Positions 12,390 to 23,863 of a stretch of DNA of 64,000 nucleotides are shown in pieces. The DNA comes from Mytilus trossulus (taxonomy: Eukaryota). The notes under the pieces are model-generated. The model was not told the DNA's origin. It did no database searches and was given only the letters and a program-made list of their open reading frames with translations. The position numbers and the translations under genes are program-made. Where the stretch lies: positions 6,138,001-6,202,000 of the forward strand of contig NC_086380.1 in NCBI RefSeq assembly GCF_036588685.1. The letters are read 5' to 3'. How positions within the stretch are numbered: the stretch's first letter is position 1; each line of letters begins with the position of its first letter.

Positions 12390-15300
12390 TATGATTGTCG
12401 TTCTGTGTAATCTGGGTCGATCTTTACAACGTGAACGTAATATAGATAAGATAGCTGTAAAATATTTGAGCATAAGTAGACTGCACGGAACGTACTTTTT
12501 TTTATTATTCACACCTGATTACGAAAAATTACAAACATATTATTAATTATATTAAGCCGCACAAAATTAAAATATATATTTTAAAAGTAAGAACAATTTG
12601 CATTTGATATTACCTACTAGTAATGCACTAGTTCTTACGGATGGGAAAATTCTAACATAAGCTAAACATGTCGAGATAATTATTCTAAATTTCTTCCAAA
12701 TATTTGTTTCAATATATATATTATATTTTTTTATATCTTAAGTTGGAACTTTTGTATGTTGTGACAATAAGACAAGAAATTTTGCCTGAACAATCAGAAA
12801 CGTAAAAATGCATGATGATTTCAAGAGCTTTTGAGCAGTTGGTAGTATATCATGAATTTTTGTTTGTTCGTTTAGTCTATGCAATTGCTAAGAGTAGTAT
12901 AAATATAGCATATTAAAGAGGGATTTGATTGGTTAACTTCAAGTGCTATATCCGATGTGACAAAATAAGAGAATGTTCGGACTAATTTTGTATATTGACT
13001 AAAACTGGAGGAACTGAGAATGTAATGATAACTTGTTATTTCAACTTTTTTATTTCTTGATACATGTAAGTATGACCATCCCAAGACATTACTTCAAAAA
13101 CAGCTGACAGAAAACTGCAACCGAGCCAGCCAAAGTTAACCTGACCAACCAGGAACGGCAAAATTGTAAATTTAATAATCCTAGCATCAAACCTTTTAAT
13201 TTAAGAATATGCGTCAAAGAAAATGTACCTAGATGTTTGTTAGTTTTCCTGTTTGAATGGTTTTACACTAGTCATTATGGGAGCCTTTTATAGCTTGCTG
13301 TTCGGTGTTAGCCATGGCTTCGTGTTGAAGACCGTACTTTGACCTATAAATGTTTACTCTTTCAAGTTGTGTCTTGGAAGGGGGATTTGTCTCATTGACA
13401 CCGATACCACATTTTCTATAATCTTACCACAGCAAATTATTTGTACTGTTTTAAATTCGAGACAGAATTTCAGAATTTAAAAAAAAACCATAGCAACAAA
13501 TAATCAAAACTAAAAAACGAGAACAACAAGTTAATGCTTTTGTGGGTCAGCTACCACGGAATGGGGAGTTAGTAATTGACAAATGTGAACAGCAAAATGC
13601 ACAAAATAGTAGAGCAAAAACCCAGAAGAAAAGATGCAATATTTGTCTTAATTTAACTAAAACGTATCCATCAAGGAAATGAAATCTTGATAAGATATCT
13701 GGTATTGACCAAAACCAAAACAGAAAATTGCTTTTGACATCATTACCCCCGAGAAAGACAGTGATAAATCTATAGCCTGTTTAAAGAACATAATAAAATC
13801 TGACTCTGCACATATCAAACGAAATATTGATCAAAATATCTATAAAACATGATGGACGATCTTTTTCTTTGACGCCGAAACGTCCAATGAAATTGAACAC
13901 ATTTGATGTGTGTATTTACTTCGCCATGACAATCCCAATCTCAATTAGGAAATTCATTTCTTTCCGTAAGAATTATTTTTCATCGTTGTACAAAAAGATG
14001 ATATCTTTGGTAGTATTGATATATTTTTGGCACTTTTGAAAGGAAATTAAAGACTTTTCTTATGATTCATCTGGTTGGCTATAATTCACTGCTGCTTGTT
14101 GCTGTGAAAGGTCAAACGGGTCACTGGTTATCAAAAGAATATTGTAACTAACTTTCAACATCGGTAGCATGTACAATGATTACCATGGAAAGGAACTGTC
14201 AACAAATAACGAATTGCCAATGGTATAACTCGCTTTGCAAAATATCAAATGAGTTATAGGAAAGACGAACCTTGATTAGTATAAATTAATTTTTCTTTCG
14301 TAAATGCGTGATTTGTTTGAATTTTTAATTGGTTAAATTGTTTTTTTCTAATGTTTATACTTTTCGTGCGTTTTTTTAAAATATGCATACACTTGGTTGC
14401 ATTACATAATATAGGATGTAAGGATTGGGCGATTGTTGTTTGCATTAATAAATGAGATTTACCTTATGATCGAAAATGATATATTTGTACCAATTCTTTA
14501 GAGTATATCACCTAGTTTTTTTAAACCTAGATATATATGCAGCCAAAAAAGGCCGGTTACGTCTAAAATGGCGAAAATTTTATAATAGATATAGGAAGAT
14601 GTGGCGTGATTGCCAATGGGACAACTCTTCACCCAAATAACATAGGTCAATGTACGACCTTGGCTCACACTAAACAACAAGCTGTATAGGGCCACAATAA
14701 AATTACTAGTGTAAAACCTTTAAAACGGGAAAACCAACGGTCTAATCTATATAAAAAAAATCGAGAAATAAGAATATTTTTTTTCTTAAGAATAATGGTG
14801 ATAGAAGTTTATACCATTCTTGTGTTGAGGATATTCCTATAAAGTTTTTATGTGTATGAAAATAAGAAGATGTGGTATGCCGTATATTTTGCCAATGAGA
14901 CTATGCCAATTATCCAACAGAGTTCAAAGAAGTGGATTCAACCGGACGACCTTTAACAATGCGAAAAACCTATACGGCTATCAAACGAATAGAAAAGCTC
15001 AAGAAATCGCAATTTCGAGTGAAATGTCGACCCCATATAACTTAAGGTGGCACATCACGGTATAAGTTTGTTTTTTACACATTTGACTTGATTTGGGGAA
15101 AAATAGCTTGTATACATGTGTTATATTAAAATTTTGTCTTTGGCAATTCATAATTTTTCTATAACAACTTTTTGTGCAAAGACAAAATTTTAATATAACA
15201 CATGCATAATATGGGAGCAAAATCTCCGCCTCATTTTTAAGATGGATGTTTCTTTTAGTTTTGTGTTATAATGGTGTTTCATGGTTTTGGAACAAAATTA

Positions 15301-15562
15301 AATGAAAAAACAAAATATGAGGAACCGACTTAGTTTTGTTGTTAGAGTAACTATAAGTGTTGTGTTTGTCCCAAATTTGAACAATATTTTGTTGTTTAAA
15401 AATTCAAATAATCCTTATCTTGACACCAAACTTACATACATAATTCATTCTCACAATAAACGGAAGATTTGTTTCTATTAAATAAAGAAACTTATGTTTA
15501 AGATTTTTTGTGTTTGATATTTAAAAAATGATGATGTATTCTGTCTCGTCAAATTAATACGT

Positions 15563-16386
15563 AACAAGAGGCTCTCGAAAGTCTGAATCGCTCACCTGTA
15601 AATTTTTTACTGAAATCTTTCATCAATGATTATGTTACTTAGTTTGTCAATATACATTAATGAGTGGCTATGTTCCATTTTAGCTACATTTGTATAATGG
15701 CTTTGTTTCTTGACATAAAAGGAAATAGGATACAAAATTTATACTTAGTCTAGATACTCTGAAACTCATTCAATCCAAGTTTGGCTGAAATGAATTCAGC
15801 AGTTTCAACTGTTCAAAGCAGAATATTTTTTTTAAAGTAAGCAAAAGAGATGAACAAACTATGAAAAAATGTCTTTAAATGGCAATAGGAGTCAATTGAG
15901 AATTTTGGTGGTGCTAAACCATATTTGCAGATCTGACTTTGCTGAACATTTTTGCTGTTTACAGTTTATTTTTTATCATTTATAACATTCTAGATAATAA
16001 GCAGAAACTTCAAAATTTCCTTCAAATTACCAATTTATTGGCACCAACCCGAATATACGTCGTTTGTTTCATCTGAAAATTTCGGGATTGATAGACATTC
16101 ACATAATGAACACTTATTACCATTTTCTCCAAATGCCTTGGGTTTTGAGATATAAACCAAAAACTGCAATTTACCCCTATGTTATATATTTAGCTATGAA
16201 AGCCATGTTTTTGACGAAACAGCAAATAAAACACAAACTATATTCTAAATACAATCAGGATCTTCAGCTTATGTTTGGTGGGAATTGGTTCAGTAGTTTC
16301 AGAGAAGATGTTTGAAATTGACAGACGACGACGGACGCCAAGTGCTGGCATAAGCTCACAGTTCCTTCGGAATAATCAGCTAAAAA
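15563..16386. mobile_element. HINE-like element
   Basis: Starts AACAAGAG...TCGCTCACCTG; ends ACAGACGACGACGGACG...GCTCAC..short hairpin..AGCTAAAAA. Confidence 0.55.
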
Positions 16387-16864
16387 TGAAAAACTTTTTC
16401 GGTACAAAAACATGTTTATCATAACAAATTCTAGAAAGAAAGTGCTTTGTGTACCCTTTAAAATAAAGCCCCAACAAGAATATGTCATCCATGCCAAGAA
16501 ATTGCCTCCGTTGAAATTCTGCAAACACCCCATATGACAAATTACATGGATGCTTAATATTGACCATATGGTATATGGCTGTGTTATAAGCGACACGTAC
16601 ATGAAGTTCATAAATTAATTTGTTGAATGAAATCAAATCTTTAAATACTAATGGGTGCCGTAGGAGGTACACCGGAATTTATAGCGAGGATTTTTTGGCA
16701 TGTAACAGATAGAAAACTCAGGGTAAGAATTCATAAAACAAAAGAGGAACAGTGGCAAATATTTCATGTATATTTTGAACACTGAGAGAGAATTACACCG
16801 GCCAAAAAAGGCTTCTTTTTCTTGTTTGTGCCTTCTGACTTTAAAAATTTATGTTTTGAATTGT

Positions 16865-16877
16865 AGTTTCACTTTCC
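16865..16877. promoter_or_regulatory. ISRE-consensus site between SMPDL3-like and cGLR1
   Basis: AGTTTCACTTTCC matches the AGTTTCNNTTTC-type ISRE/IRF consensus; motif match only. Confidence 0.3.
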
Positions 16878-17576
16878 ATATTCGGTATTTATTCTAATGC
16901 AAGCTCCACGTGGTAAAAATAACGAGATGCAGGAATATATAGTAACTTGGAGTTGGGCTATTTCTTTCTTTTCGGGCGTATACTCCAGACATGCATGTGT
17001 ATAACGTCACTATAGATTTTCGTATTAAATAAAGAAAGTTGTCGGTCCGGTACATGAACAGATTGGTTAGAAAGCAAGGTTTTAATTTCAATTAGATTGG
17101 AAAGCTTAATTCGAGGGTTGAAAATAGAGAGCACAAAAATGGGGGGGGGGGGGGGGGGGGTTCCACAGGGCATATTTCTATCTAATGAACTCTTCATTTG
17201 AAAGGTTTATTGTGATTTTTATTTAATTAAAAAAAAGAGAAATTCTAATATGAAGTCCTTATTACGCTTTGTAAACAAAGCCGTGTTCTAATGAGCATAA
17301 ACATATGTTTGACACATGCGCACGAACTTACTGTGTATATAAACGTTATTTCCATCGTTATCCTTTAAAATATATACATTTAAGCAGCTAGCATAAACTT
17401 TAATTATATATTTTTATAAAACAACATATATTTACCCTGCTCGTGGTTTTTAAACTTATCAAATATGAATTGTAATGCACAAACTCCTCGGGGAGGACAC
17501 AGGAAAAGCCAAACGTTTTTACGGTATTTTCTTACGCTTCGACCTATAAAAATACTGCATTTGTCATATTAGAATC

Positions 17577-17738
17577 GAAATAATTCCTTCATGTCATGCT
17601 CTATGCTCATTTTAACATGGGTAGGCATTATATTTGACCACATTTTACACCTCGCTAACGCTCAGTGTAAAATATCGACAAATATAATGCATACCCATGT
17701 TAAAATGAGCATAGAGCATGACATGTAGGAATTATTTC
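17577..17738. repeat. 162-bp imperfect palindrome/hairpin
   Basis: GAAATAATTCCTTCATGTCATGCTCTATGCTCATTTTAACATGGGT... pairs with ...ACCCATGTTAAAATGAGCATAGAGCATGACATGTAGGAATTATTTC. Confidence 0.92.
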
Positions 17739-18004
17739 TTAAACGAATGTAAAACAAATTGTGAATGGTCTTTCTACCTTTCTCCCGTCCTCTAAAAAAA
17801 CTATTAGTAATTCTCTTGGTATTCAGTTTTTTAAATACTAGCCTTTTCAGAACACTGAATCAGACGTCATATAATAAGAACATCACAACTAGAATGTTTG
17901 AAACTCAAATTTAAAGTTTAAATAATTTCAACACTTCATTGTACGTAAATCAAGTTTTGCTACGTCTTTTTCGAGAGAAGGGAGGCAATTCCAATGTTAT
18001 AGAT

Positions 18005-20155
18005 AAACTCATCATAGATACCAGGACTAAATTTAGTATATTCGCCAGACGCGTTTCGTCTACAAAAGACTCATCAGTGACGCTCGAATCCAAAAAAGTA
18101 AAAAAGGCCAAATAAAGTACGATGTTGAAGAGCATTGAGAACCAAAATTCCTAAAAGTGTTGCCAAATACAGCTAAGGTAAATCTATGCCTGAGGTAGAA
18201 AAGCCTTAGTATTTCAAAAAATTCAAAAATTTGTAAACTGTAAATTTATAAACATAACCATATCAATGACCATTCATGTCAGCACAAAAAGTGCTGACTA
18301 CTGGGCTTGTGATACCCTCGGGGAAATAAATCTCCACCAGCATTGGCATCGACCCAGTGGTTGTAAATAAACTCATCATAGATACCAGGACTAAATTTAG
18401 TATATTCGCCAGACGCGTTTCGTCTACAAAAGACTCATGAGTGACGCTCGAATCCAAAAAAGTTAAAAAGGTCAAATAAAGTACGATATTGAAGAGCAAT
18501 GAGAACCAAAATTCCTAAAAGTGTTGCCAAATACAGCTAAGGTAAATCTATGCCTGAGGTATAAAAGCCTTAGTATTTCAAAAAATTCAAAAATTTGTAA
18601 ACTGTAAATTTATAAACATAACCATATCAATGACCATTCATGTCAGCACAAAAAGTGCTGACTACTGGGCTTGTGATACCCTCGGGGAAATAAATCTCCA
18701 CCAGCAACGGCAACGACCCAGTGGTTGTAAATAAACTCATCATAGATACCAGGACTAAATTTAGTATATTCGCCAGACGCGTTTCGTCTACAAAAGACTC
18801 ATCAGCGACGCTCGAATCCAAAAAAGTAAAAAAGGCCAAATAAAGTACGATGTTGAATAGCATTGAGAACCAATATTCCTAAAAGTGTTGCCAAATACAG
18901 CTAAGGTAAATCTATGCCTGAGGTAGAAAAGCCTTAGTATTTCAAAAAATTCAAAAATTTGTAAGCTGTAAATTTATAAACATAACCATATCAATGACCA
19001 TTCATGTCAGCACAAAAAGTGCTGACTACTGGGCTTGTGATACCCTTGGGGAAATAAATCTCCACCAGCATTGGCATCGACCCAGTGGTTGTAAATAAAC
19101 TCATCATAGATACCGGGACTAAATTTAGTATATTCGCCAGACGCGTTTCGTCTACAAAAGACTCATGAGTGACGCTCGAATCCAAAAAAGTTAAAAGGTC
19201 AAATAAAGTACGATATTGAAGAGCAATGAGAACCAAAATTCCTAAAAGTGTTGCCAAATACAGCTAAGGTAAATCTATGCCTGAGGTATAAAAGCCTTAG
19301 TATTTCAAAAAATTCAAAAATTTGTAAACTGTAAATTTATAAACATAACCATATCAATGACCATTCATGTCAGCACAAAAAGTGCTGACTACTGGGCTTG
19401 TGATACCCTCGGGGAAATAAATCTCCACCAGCAACGGCAACGACCCAGTGGTTGTAAATAAACTCATCATAGATACCAGGACTAAATTTAGTATATTCGC
19501 CAGACGCGTTTCGTCTACAAAAGACTCATTAGCGACGCTCGAATCCAAAAAAGTTAAAAAGGCAAAATAAAGTACGATGTTGAATAGCATTGAGAACCAA
19601 AATTCCTAAAAGTGTTGCCAAATACAGCTAAGGTAAATCTATGCCTGAGGTATAAAAGCCTTAGTATTTCAAAAAATTCAAAAATTTGTAAGCTGTAAAT
19701 TTATAAACATAACCATATCAATGACCATTCATGTCAGCACAAAAAGTGCTGACTACTGGGCTTGTGATACCCTCGGGGAAATAAATCTCCACCAGCATTG
19801 GCATCGACCCAGTGGTTGTAAATAAACTCATCATAGATACCAGGACTAAATTTAGTATATTCGCCAGACGCGTTTCGTCTACAAAAGACTCATGAGTGAC
19901 GCTCGAATCCAAAAAAGTTAAAAAGGTCAAATAAAGTACGATATTGAAGAGCAATGAGAACCAAAATTCCTAAAAGTGTTGCCAAATACAGCTAAGGTAA
20001 ATCTATGCCTGAGGTAGAAAAGCCTTAGTATTTCAAAAAATTCAAAAATTTGTAAACTGTAAATTTATAAACATAACCATATCAATGACCATTCATGTCA
20101 GCATAAAAAGTGCTGACTACTGGGCTTGTGATACCCTCGGGGAAATAAATCTCCA
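18005..20155. repeat. Tandem array of ~364-bp units (~5.9 copies), derived from a dispersed repeat
   Basis: TAAACTCATCATAGATACC recurs at ~18005, 18368, 18732, 19096, 19459 and 19823; near-identical 78-aa ORFs repeat at the same period. Confidence 0.97.
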
Positions 20156-20874
20156 ATAGGTGATAATTTATGACTCGCCTGTTTTAACATGTAGATCCGC
20201 TACAAGTTATGTCGACACGAGACATCGGGTTGAATGTTTCAAGTCTGTTCTGTTGCGAATCTATATATATACCACCTAACCAAACGGACGCTCCGCTCTG
20301 ACAAGCGTTTTACTACTGGTCGGAATAATAATAAAGTTGTTCATATTGCGATATCTGAGTTCCCTGATACATAACTGATAATAAGTTCCTACAAGTCCTA
20401 GATGGTATTATTTTCAAATCACTTCTTAAAGTTTATAAATTTGCTTGTAAATATATCAAAACTAATGAACATACAAAGAGCGATTTTTCTAGCTTTTACT
20501 ACTAAAATGTTAACTGCTACATTACAGAACTCAATTCTAAACATTTATATTGCTATTGCATTGTCACTGTAGAAGGTTTTCAGATTTTGATTATAAAATA
20601 GAGAAAAGACTTGTGGGGACGGAGAAATTCAGATTATTATATTTTACTTAGAAAGCAACAATATTTATAGTAATGAAAGAAGTTAAAAAAATATTAATCG
20701 AATCGAAATTCTATATTTGAAAACCGTAAACCGTGGCTAAAACTATCACTTGATATCGACATTTTTGAAATGCAGTTTTAAGTTCAGGGATACCAATCGA
20801 GTTTAATGCCATATTTTTGCATTTGCCCTATAAATTGGAATACGTTTTTCCCCTATAAGTTCTTTGCTATTTAT

Positions 20875-21330
20875 AAATATAACGTCAATATTCAGGTTTT
20901 TGAAACACTAAAAATAGATCACTATTTACATGATAGGAAAAGAACTAAGAATTAAAGGACACATATAAAGAATTTAAATCAATATAAAAATGTCCGAAGA
21001 TATATCACATGTAATAAAAGGAATGTGGAATTCCCAGTAACTATTGCTTTTAGGATACCACAAATCTCCAGGGATATGGCAAATGCAGAGTGCGCTACCC
21101 AGTAGCCTTCAATTTGAAAATAGCAGTTTAAAGGTTTATGGTAAGTATGGAATGTTATATATGGTCATAATAAACTATTTTGATTTGGTAAATCTCATAA
21201 ATGTTTTTTTATTTAGAATATAGCTGATTAGTAAATACTTGTATTCTAGTAGATTTAACCAAAAAACAAATATATAAGGTGTTTTTTTTCTATCTATAGA
21301 ATACTGTGGATAATATAAGTTTTACTTTTT
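20875..21330 (+). promoter_or_regulatory. cGLR1 upstream module A (candidate promoter/first exon ending ATG 21138-21140)
   Basis: CTAAAAATAGATCA at 20908, GGAATTCCC at 21027, ATG|GTAAGT; phase 0 matches the acceptor at 23864. Confidence 0.55.
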
Positions 21331-22125
21331 ATACGCCCGTCAAAATTTTGAAAATTTTGAAAATTTTGACGGGACGTATTATGGTATATACAAATGTCCG
21401 GTGTCCGTCCGTCCGTCCGTTTGTCTGTCTGGCGTAAACATGTCGCCCCGTAACATGAGAACGACTTATCTAAATTTCATGAAACTTAATTTAGTTGTTT
21501 CTTATGATGGTCAAATGATCTCTATACTCTTTGGTGAAAATAAGATTCAAACTTTTTGAGTTACGGCACTTTGTAACTAAAACAGGGGTGTGGTTTTTTT
21601 TTTTCACATGTCGCAACGTATCTCAAAAACGATTCTTGGTTATTGCTTTAAACTTTACACACTTCTTTTTTTTTTATCTAAAGATCTGTATACTTTTTGG
21701 TGATGATTCAAAATTTCATTTATGAGTGATTGAGTATTTTGTAAAACGGGGGGAGTTTTTTTTACATGTCGCGTAGTATCTCAAAAACGATTTATGACTA
21801 TTGCTTAAAACTTTACACACTTCTTTTATATATTAATCTTAAGATCTGTATACTTTTTGGTGATGATTCAAAATTTCATTTTTGAGTTATTGAGTATTTT
21901 GTAAAAAAAGGGTGAGGGGGTTTCATAGGTCGTGCCATATCTCAAAAACAATTTATGATTATTGCTTAAAACTTTACACACTTCTTTGTTATTTTAGACT
22001 AAAGATCTGTATATTTTTTGGTGATGATTCAAAGATCTGTATATTTTTTGGTGATGATTCAAAATTTCATTTTTGAGTTATTGAGTATTTTGTAAAAAAG
22101 GGGTAGGGTTTTTTTTACAAGTTTT
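21326..22125. mobile_element. HINE/DINE-1-like non-autonomous element with internal ~159-bp tandem repeats
   Basis: Begins TTTTTATACGCCCGTCAAAA...TTTTGACGGGACGTAT (hairpin), then (CCGT)n microsatellite, then three repeat units at ~21606, 21765 and 21924. Confidence 0.7.
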
Positions 22126-22194
22126 TCACAATTTAAATACTAAAAGCATATCATATTTCAATACATGTGTATCCTATAATGCGGCTTAAATATA

Positions 22195-22590
22195 AATATA
22201 ACGTCAATGTCAGGTTTTTAAAAACACTAAAAATAGATCATTATTTACATGATAGGAAACGTCCTAATAAATAAATCAATATAAAATATCCGAAGATATA
22301 TCACATGTAATATAAGGAAGTGGAATTCCCAGGTAGTTACTGTTGCTTTAAAAGATATAACAAATGTAAAGTGCGTTATACCCAGTTGCTTTTGATGTAG
22401 AATAGCAGGTTTCAAGGTGTATGGTAAGTTTTGATTTTTTTATGTGGTCATAATACATATTTTGTTAGTCTTATTTGTGCCTTTATGTAAATAGTGATTT
22501 AGAAATTAACTGATGAGTAAACTCTTTTATTCTATCGGAACAATTTTTTTTATACCTATAGGATACGGTGGGTAATATAAGTTCATTTTT
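22195..22590 (+). promoter_or_regulatory. cGLR1 upstream module B (diverged duplicate of module A; ATG 22421-22423)
   Basis: CTAAAAATAGATCA at 22227, GGAATTCCC at 22322, ATG|GTAAGT; colinear similarity to 20875-21330. Confidence 0.55.
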
Positions 22591-23863
22591 TTTTTAGATC
22601 AAATAGTTTGCATAATCTACATAATTTTATACTTTCGATTTTGATCATTGCGTCTTAACAGAAATAAATTAATAAAATACAACCAAAGGATCAACATTTA
22701 ATATTTGTAAGATTCATTTTTTTCTTTCCCTTTAACCTCAGTGAGAATAGAAGTTTTCTTGGAAAATTCGAGGAATCAAGTTCACGTATTCAAATTAACA
22801 AATGAACTAGTAATTTTGCCAGAAAGAAAACAGTTTAGCTTTAATATAGATTTAGCTGAAATATTATTATTCTCATTAAATATGTAAGTGTTTCAATCTC
22901 ATTTTGTTTAATTGAAAACTGGAAAGTTAGTTTCGTTTTTATTGCATGCATGGGTTGTTCCCCTTAACCTATTAGATAGTTTCACAAAATGTTAAAAATT
23001 GTCCAACATTTTAATTTTTTTTTGGCAACATTAACATTGGCCGCCATCCAGATTTCAAAAAGTTTTTATATTGATGAATTCTATATCACATTTGGAATCT
23101 TTTGGTTACAAAACATTCTGGATCGTAGGCCAAATTTTTCCTAAAGCTTTCATGTCTGAAAATTGCCCCAAATCATCATAATTTAACAAAATGGACCTAA
23201 TTTGGAGAGTATTATGTACTTTAATTTATGAAAAGAACTAATTTATTGAGCATTGATAATTTTGAAATAGACCCATTTACGAAACAACTTGTGAACTTTT
23301 TGGTGTTTTATGATAAAATTGATATTTCAAGCCATTTTGAGTGAATCTTGTCCTTTGTTGAAAGCATTCAAACCTTTTCTATAACTATGACTTTTGTAAT
23401 GCAGTACACACCTCTATAATAAAGAAAAATGGAATCTTATTTGTCGGGTTACCAAATCACCTTCTTTTAAGATGACATTGTGCTAAGACAATATCTTCAT
23501 AGATTTGTATTGTATTTTGAATAGAATCGTTGCATTTCCATCAAAAACTTTGGTTTTAGGGAACACCATTCGTGCGTTTATGAGCGTCGTCACTCCGTTC
23601 CAAACGTTGTGCGTTGTTTGAAAGAATGATAATGCTATGCAAATAAATTCTTATAATTGATAATCAGAACTATACAGAATCATTAGGGAATTTTGATGTA
23701 GTACTTACGGAACAAATATTATTTCTAGTTAATACTGCATAATGACGATCACAAAGATACTTGATAAAATTTAGAAAAGCAGGGATATAGGCGATCCCCT
23801 CTATCTGATAAAGACGTCACAAATGCTTACAAAATTTACAAACTTTTCCATTTATCTTTTTAG

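Noticed and set aside
17950-19954. Six near-identical 61-88-aa minus-strand ORFs
   Set aside because: By-products of the 364-bp tandem repeat; one unit is frameshifted and the same sequence occurs as dispersed non-coding repeats.
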